64,000 bases of DNA from the NCBI RefSeq assembly GCF_000143415.4, contig NW_003314265.1, positions 2,869,181-2,933,180 on the forward strand. Reading direction: 5' to 3'. The position numbers and the translations under genes were made by a program. Under the pieces are notes generated by a model. The model searched no databases. It was not told the DNA's origin and saw nothing but the letters and a program-made list of their open reading frames with translations. Source of the stretch: Selaginella moellendorffii. Taxonomy: Eukaryota > Plantae > Lycopodiophyta. Below are positions 52,680 to 64,000 of the stretch, in pieces (within the stretch, counting starts at the first letter, position 1; each line of letters starts with the position of its first letter).

Positions 52680-55001
52680 TTATATAATTATATAATTACA
52701 ATTCTTGAGGTTAGAAGTAAATTATTTATTTTCAAAAAAGAATTGTTTTGTAATTACAAATCAACTTTGTAGTGCTAGTGGAAAACTCTTGTTAGAGTGA
52801 ACAAATGTCTAATGGAATAGTGTTTTATCCTTAAAAATATCATTTTAAAAAGAATAACAATTTAATATCTTTTTTCTAATTTGTTTAAGGTGTTCACAAT
52901 TATTTATGAAGGTGCATTACACTATTCAGTAGCCAAATAATTATATTTAGCCACCAATGGTGATTGGACTACCATTTAAGGCAAAATGTTTATATTTAAT
53001 AGTTAAATATAAATTTGGTGGTTAAATCATAAATTGATTATACAATCACATGAGATATATAAATGATAAAAAAAATTTATGTTTGCAAAATATACCTATA
53101 AAAATCTAAAATTTACCCTTTAATATCCTAAGTAAAGGATAACCACCATTTCTATCACTATCTCACTATTAATTATATTCACAGATATAATTATAACAAC
53201 ATTATTACAAACTTTGTAAAGATAATAGATTTAATTTCATTGACACTAGAAATTTTTATCAAATCTCAAATAAAATCCAAAACTAGCTCAACAAAAATAT
53301 CAATTATTATATAACAAGTAATTAAATGATCTTTTGAGTGCACCCACCTTGTTTTTGCCCACTTTAATGCAAAAAATTCCTTGAATGAATGTATGGACAG
53401 CCATGTTACTTTTTAGTACAATTTAATTTTCTCATTTGACCATGTGTGAGTTAATGAATACTCTAAATAGTTAAATCACATAGATGTGTTAAATCTAAAT
53501 CAGCCAATATTCTAGAAAAAATTTAGTGTGGAGGCTTTTCTTTTATTTTTTTGTTCTTAAAACAATCAAATAGTCTTCAAATTCATTGAGAGTTTTTGAA
53601 AATAAAAATTTATTTATTTATAAATAATTTTAATAATAATAACTATTGAATATACTAAAATTTTGCTACCCAAACTACCATAAAAGAGCCTTTGTACACA
53701 CTCCCAACTCAACAAATTTGCTCAACTGTAACTAGTATCTTATAGGCTAAATTAAAAATACATATGTGAATTTTCTTACCTAGGTTAAAATTCAAAGCAT
53801 CATTGAAATCTTAAAATAATATTAACGCTTTGTTTTCAGAAGCAATCCTCTCCAACTTAAGGATTCAATCTCCACCAAAATAGTAATCATGAGGACTTGT
53901 AAAACTTGTAGTATCATAAGCATTTTCACTGAAGGATGGCCTAGTGTAAGTTCAACCATTCTATTGTAGCTTATACCTTAAAAATGAGAGCCAATCTAGC
54001 TCGAAAATGAAAAACCTAGTTCTCTAGATTAAGCAAGCACCAATGGCAAGCTAAGAGAGGGTTGAAAATCTCTTTGAGCTCATCAATTAGACTTGAAGAA
54101 TCTCACTCATATAAAATGAGTTTTTGTGAGGATTATTCCGAGGCTACTGAGAGAATATTGACATCTAAACTAACAAGCTATAAGCAACAAATGAAGTACA
54201 TATCACATTTGAAAAAACACGGGTATTAATATTTTGAGAATATAAAAAGTATATAAAGAATAATCCGGAAAATGAGATAAATTGAAGTTGAGTGAAAATG
54301 GCAAAATCTTGAGTTTCAAGTCCATCTAGAACATCTGGGCTGAGTGTGTATCCCCATCGTGTCAAAAGATGCATCACCCCCTCATTCTTGCGAAGATCCT
54401 TGCTGATGGTGGCTTTAACTGTGTGCCTCCACTCTTTTCCTAGCATTCAGAGGAAGACGAAGTATCTCAAAATCCGGGCCAGGATCACATGAATCAATAG
54501 GATATGGAGAAATGTTCAAGTCCCCCACAATAATAATCCTCCTGCCTTGTTCTTAGACTTTCACTTCATTGTCTTATCCCTCCAGAGAAAACTTTAGTGA
54601 CCATAAAGTTGACCGGGAGAGTCTGGATGCACCCGCTGGCTGAGATCCAGAGGAACCTCGACCAGGAATAGTGCTTGCCTGGTATCAGTGTCCCAGTCCT
54701 TCACCATACCTTTCCAAAACTCACAGACACGACCTCCCATCCAGTGGAATGGACGCAAACATACATTGTGAGCAAGATCATCCCTGCATACTCGAGTCTT
54801 CTTACGTTGTCTCTCGGGTATGTATGGGGATTACATTTAGAAAGATAATATTCTATGAATCTTCTTCAATCACAAACTAAAAAGTGTCATTCCTTCATCT
54901 ATTAATTCAAAAGGTGGTTTCTTAGTTAATTGCTGAAGAATAATTTATAAAAGACTTGGAGAGAAAACGAGAGAAAAAACCATTTGCACTGCACTAGCTA
55001 G

Positions 55002-55340
55002 CTAGCTGGAGTCCCTGGCGCATCGAGTGATGGTGCTGCATCGCCGAGCGTAGCAATCGGGAGGACCCTTTGCCGCGACGCAGTTGGGGGTGTAGTAGGA
55101 TCTTCCCGACATTGGAGCGCAGGGGACTCGATCAGCCGAGAGCGCGCCATAGCTGATGTAGTGGATGTGCTGCTGCTGCTTCTTGGGCGGCTCTTGGTAG
55201 TACTGGATCGATCTTCCCCCTGCCTGGAGCAGACCCAGCAATGGATCTCGAGGCGACGAAGATGAAGCAACAACCGTAGCGACAATGAGCCACATTGTCG
55301 CCAAAACGAGCATACCTCCTCTCATCGTCCATGCCGCCAT
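55002..55340 (-). CDS. RALF-like secreted peptide precursor
   Basis: Signal peptide followed by YISYGALSADRVPC..GRSYY..NC..Y.R.CSTITRCAR. Confidence 0.92.
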   Translation of the reverse strand: MAAWTMRGGMLVLATMWLIVATVVASSSSPRDPLLGLLQAGGRSIQYYQEPPKKQQQHIHYISYGALSADRVPCAPMSGRSYYTPNCVAAKGPPDCYARRCSTITRCARDSS

Positions 55341-55608
55341 AGCTTTGCTTGCTCTACACGACCGCGCTTCCTCCCCCTAGCTAGCTGTGAAAGAAGAAAA
55401 ATACTCACTGATAATAAATAGATGCTCTGGTTTCTTTCTTTATAGCACGTGAGTTTAACGTACCGGCAGGGTCATCTTAACTCTCGCGTCGTTAGTCACC
55501 AAGAGAAGCAAAATTTTGAGCCGATCCAGAGCGATTTAGGCGGCTTCGAACGCCGCGAGCCATGACCGAAAGGCCTGGGAAAAAAAACAAAAAAACAACG
55601 CATAGGAG

Positions 55609-58600
55609 TTAAAAAGAGAGCATAGAATAGTTAGCATTGATCTGACCTTCGATGACTCTCAGCATGGAGTTCCACCACACTTCGCGAGGAGCGTTGCGTG
55701 CGCTGAGCTCCGCGTCGATCGCCTCGTTGTGCCTTCCGGAGAGTAAGTCATGGAGCGTTTGCACCGCGTCGCGTGTCGTCTCGAGTATCGTCGGCGTTTC
55801 GCTGCTGCTGCTCTGGCCGCAGATCGCTTGCAAATCGCCCTGGGAGGCTGTTAGACTTTTGGCTAACGCCCACCGAGTAGCGATGGCCCATCTCGCAGAC
55901 GCTGCCCACTTTCGCTGCTCAATGCTGGCCATCTCTTCCAGCTCGGACTTCACGTCGACATCTCCTCTCACAATGCTCTGGTTTTGAAGATGGCGAACAC
56001 GAACTTAGTTTTCACAAGTGAAGAAAGTAGTCAACTTACCATGAGATACTGAGCATTGGCTGCGCCAGTACTGCGAATCATTCCCGTGAAAACACCGTTT
56101 TCATTTGCAAGGAGAGTTGCCGGTGTGTCCATCTCGACGACCTGAAAGCGGTGTTATTACACTTGCAACACTCATGACCATCTCCTACCTTGCCAGCATC
56201 AAGCACGAGAATTTTGTCACAGTCGATGATGGTGTTCAGCCTGTGCGCGATGATGAGCATGGTACATGCGCGAAATTCTTCGCGGATTGTCTTCTGGATG
56301 ATGGCGTCTGTGCCAACATCCACAGCGGCAGTTGCTTCGTCCAGAACAAGGATCTTACACCTCCGTAACAAAGCTCGTGCCAGACTAAGGAGCTGTCTCT
56401 GTCCAACGCTAAAGTTCTCTCCAGCTTCTGCTACCTGTAAGATGACCAGGCATACAAAATGAGAACAAGTACCAAAGAGAAACACACCAACCTCTGCGTC
56501 CAAGCCTTTGGAATTCCGCTTCACAACGTCCTTGAGATGAGCTCTTTCCAGCGACTCCCAGATCTCGACGTCCTTGTGCTCGTTGAAAGGATCTAAATTG
56601 AAACGAATGCTACCTGAGATAGAAAAACGAGTCAGAAAAAACTTCGTTTCCGAATATATATACACACCTGAGAACAACACTGGCGTCTGTGGAATGATTC
56701 CGACAGCATTGCGCAAGTCTCGCAATCCCATCTTCGAAATGTCATATCCGTCAATCAGAATCTGTCCACTCTCGATCTCCACGAGACGGAACAGTACGTT
56801 GAGCATGCTGGATTTGCCTGCGCCTGTTCGACCAGCTATTCCCACCTTCTCACTGGGCTTGATGCTTACAGACAGGCCATGCAGCACGGGCGGAAGATCC
56901 TGACGATATCTCATGACTACGTTCTTCATTTCGATGGCTCCAGCAGAAGGCCAACCGGGAGGTGGACGTCGGTTCTCAACCACGAGTGGAGCTTCCGCGG
57001 GCAAATCTGCATAAGTTCCCACCCTTTCAACGGCGTTGAAGCTGTTCTCGGCTAAGCTTGCTAGTCGCAATACCGCTGTCAATAACGAGGTGATATTGAG
57101 AGCGTAACTCAAGAGCAGGCCCATCTGAGGTGCCACAGATGCTTGACTCGATGCGTTTGCATTGGCTAAAACAGCAAATGCCGCGGCGAGAAAGATCATA
57201 AGCCCGCCAACGAACTCGAGACGTACAGCGAGCCACCTGTTTCCACTCATATTCACGAGCGTAAAACGGACGTTGTTGTCCATTGTCGTGCCATTGAACT
57301 CAGCAAGGCGATCATGAGCTCTGTAAGCTCGAATAGTCGCCACGCCGTTAAGTGCCTCCCCAAACTGTGCGTAAACAGGAGAGCGAGTTATAGAATCGAG
57401 ACGCTTGACTTCGCGAGCAGTACTCTGTGTGGAGAAGAGTAGTCAGTATCAGGATACAAAAACAACAGAGTTTACCTGAAAGTAAAGATACGCTACATAA
57501 AATCCAACAAGGAGAGGTAAAATAGCCCAGAGAGAGATCGTATTAACGAACCCTATGAGCACAAACGTAGACAGGAGCTGAAAGATGGAAACAAGGAACA
57601 TATTAGACCACAGTGCCACGTTCCTGTCGATGTCTCCAGTGTCTTTGGCGAAGCGGTTCACAACGCGACCGATTGGGTTTGTATGAAAGAAAGACATGGG
57701 AGCACGAAGGACGGATGCCAGCATCCCGTTGTGAAGGCGTGCAGCAGCGTACAGGCTCGAGGTGACGAGCCAAAAGGAGTTTAAGAGCGTAACCAGCACC
57801 TGCAATTTTTGGTGAGGAAACGTAGAACTTACTTAAAACTAACAGGATACCTGACAGAATGACAGTGCGCCATAGATACCATTGTAAAAGTTGGCACTGT
57901 GCTCTTGGCCCGAAGTTGGCTGTGTCCAATAGCTGAGCCAAGTGCTGCTAGAAAGGCGAAAGGTTTCTGTCATAATGTAGCAAAGAAACAGGATGGCAAC
58001 AACCCAGAATCCACCGAGAGCATTTTTGTACCTGCAAACAGAGAGAATCAGCAGCTGTATATTAGTAAATAAATACTTACCTTTCCAGAACCCGAAAACT
58101 TATAACACCTGTTTCTCGTTCTTCTTTCTTTATCAATACCGATTTCTTCTTTTCTTTCTTCGAGCTCGATTTCTTTTTTAGCGATGGCGCCCTCTGAGTT
58201 TTCATGTCACCATTTATGTTGCTTTCATCTGACGATTCAGCCGACTCTTCGTCGGTATTTTCCATCTTTCCGGCATTCTCCATAAGCTGCTTAAACAAAG
58301 GTCCATTCGAAATAAGGTCCTCGTATGTTCCCTGCTCCTTTATCATCCCGTCGTGGACCAAGAAGATATAATCAACGTGTGGAAGAAAATGGAGCTGGTT
58401 TGTTGCCAGAACTCTCGTCTTTCCTCTGAGTTCGTCACGAAGACATTTGTCAAATACTTCGCGGCCGACGTGTGCATCGAGTGCACTCAGGGGGTCATCA
58501 AATAGATAAACGTCCGCAGTAGAGTACACGGCTCGTGCTATAGATACTCTTTGCTTCTGCCCGCCACTAAGATTCACACCACGCTCACCAATTTCTGTAA

Positions 58601-61600
58601 GGTCTCCTCCCTGCCGAAATGCTCAATACAAATTTACAAACCAAACAAATTACTTACAGCTAATATTTGAAGGTCCTGTGCCAACGCACTAACTTCAATA
58701 GCCCTGTTGTAGCGCACTGGATCATAAGGGGCTCCAAATAGTACATTATCACGGACCTGTTCAAGAAACGTTATTAGTGTGCAAGAAAAAAGAAAAAAGA
58801 TCTTACAGTGGCATTAAAAATCCATGATACTTGTGAAACATATGCTACTCTTCCTCTCAATATAATTTCCGTATCAGCGAGAGGAGGCAACTCTCCAATT
58901 GCAGCTGAAATTAAAGAGGTTTTTCCCTCTCCAGTTCCCCCAACAATGGCCACAAAACTTCCAACTGGGACCTCAAAATTTATGTTCGTAAGAGTGGGCC
59001 GCTCTGCCTGTTTCAGAGCAACAATATTTAGCAACAAAGAAACAAGAAAGTGAAAGCAGAAGACCTTTGGATCCCAAGAAAAACTGCCATCTTTGATTGA
59101 AATAGCAGGTAATTCCTTCTGTATGGGTGGATTGGGTAGTAATGCGAGTTCCTCGGCAAGAAGGAGCTCTTGCAATCTCTTCAAGGATACTTTCGCATTG
59201 ACAGCCTGTAAGACCACGATCACCAATTGAGCGAGCATCTAAAAAACTCCACCTGTGTTATCAGAGTCGGGAACATGAATAAGGGAAATCTCAAAACAGA
59301 AAATAGCGAGAGAGAAGTAAAAGCTTTTGCCGGTGTCAATTTCCCACCCAACAGCGTGTAAATGCCAAAGGCTAAAACAGTAACAAAAACCGGAATGCTG
59401 TTCAAGAGAAAGCTGTTTATCTGCAAGTGGAGATGTTTAAGAAGGTAAAGAAGCTGTAGAATGAAGAGAACTTACCGCAGATAGAAGCTGTGCTTTTCGA
59501 AACCAACTAAGCTCGTCATTTCGAACATTCTGAACTTTTGAGCTAAAACTATCCTCCCAGGCATAGCATCTGTGTTACAAAAGTAAACACCGAGACAATA
59601 AAAATACGCACACGTACTTCACAACGTCCATGGCTGATAAAACTTCAGAGACCAGGCCGATACGTGTGTCAGTACGCTGTAACCCTTCTTTTGTCAGCTT
59701 TTGCATGCGACTGATGATAAAAGTCTACAGCGAAAAGCCAAAGTTGTCAGTATATTCACAAACGAAAATATACCGCTCACCTGAGCAGGAAACAACAACA
59801 ACAAAATTGATGAACCAATCAAGGATGCAACGCCGAGTTGATAGTAAAGGAAAACTACAGCTCCTACAATCCGTAGGGGAGCTGACCACAGGCCATGGAG
59901 TTGTTGACATATTTGCTGTTGATAAATTAAATTACAACACATAAGTTTACTGATCTGGATGTACCTGAAGAGCTTCTGCATCAGTAGTCATCAGATTTAC
60001 AATTTTTCCTGAAGTAAACCCCTGTCGCCCAACTTGACTTAGACGAACAGATTTTCGAAACACCGCAGCAACCTATACAATGCTATAATGGTTAAAAATA
60101 CGAAGGACCTGGGATAAAAACCAAATGGCGATTCTAACCAAAACAGAGCGCGCACGAAATCCTGTACGCATTACGTTTTGAAAATATTGCGCTTCACAAA
60201 GAACACCTCCAAACTATAAAGCAAGCGTTGAGAAATAAAAATTTGGGAGACAAGACATGTAAGATAACTTACAATGCCAACAAATATCAGTGCTGCATAT
60301 ATGTAGCCTTGCCAGACGGGAGCACCGGTTTGCATTGACTATAAATCTGAAACATTTGAGCAAGTGCAATGGATATTAGCACTTGACTGACCTCTAGAAG
60401 CAGATTCAAGAAAAAAGGTCCAACAAATTGAGAAAGATCATTTCCAACCTGAAAAGACAAGAAATGCTTAGATACATAGTATAGGATGAGAAAAGCTTAC
60501 TTTAAAAATTCCACCCAGCCAGAATCTAGGGAACGTAAAAACGTTTCATCAGAGAAGAAAGACCAAATAACTTACTAAAAGTGCCAAACCTCGGTCCAAG
60601 ACAGCTGTGTAAAGCTGCCAAAAGCCACGGATTCGCCTTTTTGCACTCGTCATCCCAGAATTTCCTAAAAGTGCAAGTACAAGGCAAGATCGTCTGCAAA
60701 GCTCCCCAGCAAATGTCTTACTTTCGATAGAGATTCTCCGTCCTATCCCACTCATCAAGCTGCCAAATATCCTTTTCAGTAAGCGGTCTCTTGTAGCCTG
60801 TCTCCATTAGTGGAGTCATCCATGAGAAGACAATTCCTGTATGACAGGTACGATCAGCTCACTCACGTTTCCATTTTAAACCTTGACATACCCGAGAAAA
60901 TGGAAGCATGGCACTCCGGGCAAACTTTCTCGGACGGCATCTGATCTTCATACTCAACTGTGATGTCCTCCGGGATGGGACGATAATCTCCTTCTTCGGT
61001 GATCTCCGGAGAATAAATCCACGCGACAACAGTGAACACAGCCTGAGAAAATCCATCATCAGCAACAAGTGAACGAGAGTTTAACAATCAGCTTACTTGC
61101 GCTGCGAAGTAACCGCAAGAAACCCCGAACGCATACCTTCAGTAACCATTGCCACGGTCATATCAAACTTAAGAAACACATCGGACCAACTTACTTGTCC
61201 AGGTAATCCTTGAGCTCAAGAACGAAACGAAACTTCGTGATCTGGGCCACCAGAACGTAAAGCAAAGCAAAACGGTAGTGCCATTTGTATTCCGTCACGT
61301 AAATCCTCGTCTCCAGGCACAGCATTATCAGGACAGCAATCCAAGTAGCCGAGGAAACGATCATAGCAACAATCTGACATAACCACAGTCATCACCGAGA
61401 ACATAATAAAAAATGCCATACCTCGTAAGGTGGAGGGGACTTGTTTCCTTCGGGATTGTCACTAGAAATCCCCAGGCCGAGCTGCGCAAGCGGCTGGAGG
61501 GCGGAATAAGCAGCTAGAGCGATGAGAAGAACATGGCCACGCCGCCGCTTGACGCTGTGCCGCACAACGGGGCCGTCCGAGGAGCCCCTGATGAGCCGGA

Positions 61601-61754
61601 TCCTCTTGACGGCGAAGGAGAGCAGCACCAGCATGGAGATGTTGATGACGAGCGTGTCGGTGACGCAGGGAGTGAATGCGCCGAATCCATTCTCGATCTT
61701 CGTCTCCCACACGCCGCCAGGCACCGTGCGGCAAAATTTCCCAGCGATCCCCAT
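55609..61754 (-). CDS. ABC transporter C family (MRP), ABCC1/ABCC2-like, multi-exon
   Basis: TMD0 [13 protein letters not shown]; NBD1 [10 protein letters not shown] and [15 protein letters not shown]; NBD2 [26 protein letters not shown]; C-terminal [19 protein letters not shown]. Confidence 0.95.
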
Positions 61755-62124
61755 GGGGCAGCAATCCCGTCGCGCAAAACCCCCGAGTACTCTGTAGCAA
61801 AGCCGCTGCTGGCAGTGGAACAGCCGTGGATTACCTAGAGGGCACGCCCATAGCTGGGAGGATCGCCCCAGGCGGCCGCGCAGCCCTACAATACTTCTCG
61901 CGAGTGGAGGAAAATTATGCTATGACCTATCGAGATTCTAAGATGCTCCTTTGCTGTTCCTCCTAAAGGTGGACACGGGCAGAAGAGAGAACTTCGTGGA
62001 GTCTTTCCCAGAAGCCATGCACGACGCTTCCAGGAACGAGCAAAAAACTTATAAAGCTGAGATTCTGAGATATTCCCCATGCTTGCGCTAACCTTCCAAA
62101 AGTTTATTCGTATGAAATGGGAGC

Positions 62125-63191
62125 TTACGCTTCCACTGCTATTTCCCTGGAGTCCTCGTCAATCGCAATCTGCTTGACCAGTGTCGATTTTTGGAACGTC
62201 AGCTGCTGGAGGAGGAAGTCTCGCATGACCATGGTCGATCTCTCGTCTGGAAAAATAAATCACCGCTTTGAAAGAGCAAATGAGCAGGAAGTATTACCGA
62301 GTCTTGGAACCGTGTGGCCTTTGGGATGTCTGATGACGAGTGGTGATTCGTAGGCTTTGAGCAACTCCTCGCCTGGTGTTCTAAGCCAGTCCTTGTCACC
62401 TGAGAGAGTAGAGAATTCGGGAAGAGTTAAAGAAAACTAGCTGTCAGCTCGAACCTAAGACGTGAACGGAGGGACGCCGGATGCCATCGGAGTAGACAAA
62501 CGCGAATTTCGATGCAATGAGCTTTGCACCCGACACCGATATCACGAATTTCACGGGAGGAATTCCAGTCAGCGCTTTACCCTTTTTGTGCGAGAAAGAG
62601 AAAGAGCCGTGTTAGCAAAGAAAAACACAACACGACCTCTGTGTTGCTTCTACCTTTTCTTGCATCCCGACAAGTGCGGAAGACAAGATTGAGCCCTGGA
62701 TTTGCCAAGAGTCAGCCACGCTTCCCTACCGCAACGGGAAATCTTACCTGAGAAAAACCGAGAAGTCCATCGAAAGGACCATTGTTTTCCATGAAGTTTG
62801 CGATGAACTGGACTGTCTCGTCGAATCCCGTGTACTCGGTGAAATCCTGCAGCGGGAGGAGATCAAGAAAAAAAAAGAAAAAACGAAGGACTGCAGCTTA
62901 CATGATTGTACTGAAACCACTCATAGTACGGCGGTGGGAAAAATCCCTCCACATCCGACTTCCCCTTCGCTGGATACGGAGCATCCAGAAAAGTCTGCAA
63001 AACCAATGGGATTTTCGAAGCTAGAAACCAAAGGGGGAATTTTTCTGCTTGCTTACCAGATCCAAGAGCTCGTGAATTGAGCTGCTCCATTTGCTGAGCT
63101 GCTTCTCAAGGATGCTTCCGCTCGTCCTGAACCCGTGCAAGCACAAGACCCTCAATTTAGTCCTCTCTCCCAAATTCCTCTCGCCCGTCAT
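62125..63191 (-). CDS. FSH1/OVCA2-family serine hydrolase
   Basis: [57 protein letters not shown]. Confidence 0.9.
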
Positions 63192-63738
63192 GACTAGCCC
63201 CTCCTAGTCAAGTGGCAATGCTCCCACAACTCAGGAAAAAAAAAAATTTCATAAAGCGATGGGACTAGATTCTCGATCGCAGCAGCAGCTACCGCGGCTA
63301 CAGAATCACGCGGCGGAGAAGAAAACAACGAGGAACACACCACGCGACAAAGAAAAAGCCAAAAAAAAAAGGCGAAAAAGCAAGTGATACGTGTGATCTG
63401 GACGAAAGAGAAAGCTACAAACTGTGACACAAAGTGTGATCAACAGCGCGTCAAATAACCTAGATCCTCACCTGATGGATCGCGTCCACGCGCGGATGAC
63501 CGGTAGCTGGGACGCCGCCCAGCGCGCCCATAAACCCTAAACACCCCGGCATCCGCCGCGAATATCCCGAAATTTGAATTCCGCCAGGTGGTACGCCACG
63601 TCAGCAATCCGGAACGCAAGCGCCGCGCCTTCTGTTACCCTACCAAGAAGAAAGTCCCAGGCGGGCGCGCGCGCGGCGGCGATGGAGGAGCAACAGGGCT
63701 TTGACAGGGGCAAGAAGAGGTGTCCTTGCGGCGGCGCG

Positions 63739-63770
<32 letters not shown>

Positions 63771-63906
63771 CGCGAATGAATCCATCACCTGGTGAGTCCC
63801 CGGCGGCGGCGGCGGCGATTTTGTCACCAAGATCGCCAAGAAGAAGTAGTTCTAGCCCTAGGAGTGGAGGTCGCAGCAGCAGCAGCATCAGCAAGGATCC
63901 TTCTTT

Positions 63907-64000
63907 ATGGCCCAAAGACGAGGGCTCCCACCCCGGAGACGCCCTCTGGATGTCATCGTCGTCATCTTTCTCCTCGTCAACATCCCCATCGTCTTGTTCC
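63907..64000 (+). CDS. 5' end of probable EXPERA/TMEM97-like membrane protein (truncated by window)
   Basis: MAQRRGLPPRRRPLDVIVVIFLLVNIPIVLF resembles the first EXPERA helix; telo-box AAACCCTAA at 63532-63540. Confidence 0.45.
   Translation, partial: MAQRRGLPPRRRPLDVIVVIFLLVNIPIVLF

Noticed and set aside
54100-54900. Exon-like minus-strand fragments (similar cases at 19560-19860 and 46350-47050)
   Set aside because: No identifiable motif or continuous frame; needs a homology search.
20103-61754. Functional gene cluster (GMC, RBOH, WRKY, RALF, ABCC)
   Set aside because: Interspersed with housekeeping genes; no shared pathway or co-regulation is evident from sequence.

Overview
Compact, gene-dense land-plant nuclear DNA. 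Introns are mostly ~50-60 nt, the PPR genes are built from tandem short motifs, and GC-rich genes alternate with very AT-rich blocks; this fits a lycophyte such as Selaginella (inference, not verified). Apparently intact genes: 5' end of a CLEC16A/TT9-like gene, RPA-interacting protein, two PLS-class PPRs, a HOTHEAD-like GMC oxidoreductase, RBOH, APC11, CPSF160, GDPD, the NAD(P)HX epimerase-PPOX fusion, a group IIc WRKY, a RALF-like peptide, an ABCC1/2-like transporter, an FSH1 hydrolase and the start of an EXPERA/TMEM97-like gene. There are two decayed copies of one short-LTR Ty3/gypsy family, a probable solo LTR, a 231-nt N gap and many eroded gene duplicates. Most notable: (1) the APC11 frame only works with a 1-nucleotide exon (A, 33727) lying between a U12-type intron and a U2-type intron; (2) a PPR-RBOH-APC11 block is present in three partial copies (+,-,+), and each copy kept a different intact gene; (3) a ~1.36-kb deletion in the ABCC pseudogene is patched with templated filler DNA; (4) APC11 and CPSF160 start codons are only 64 bp apart. 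All alignments were done by eye, so boundaries of decayed features are approximate.
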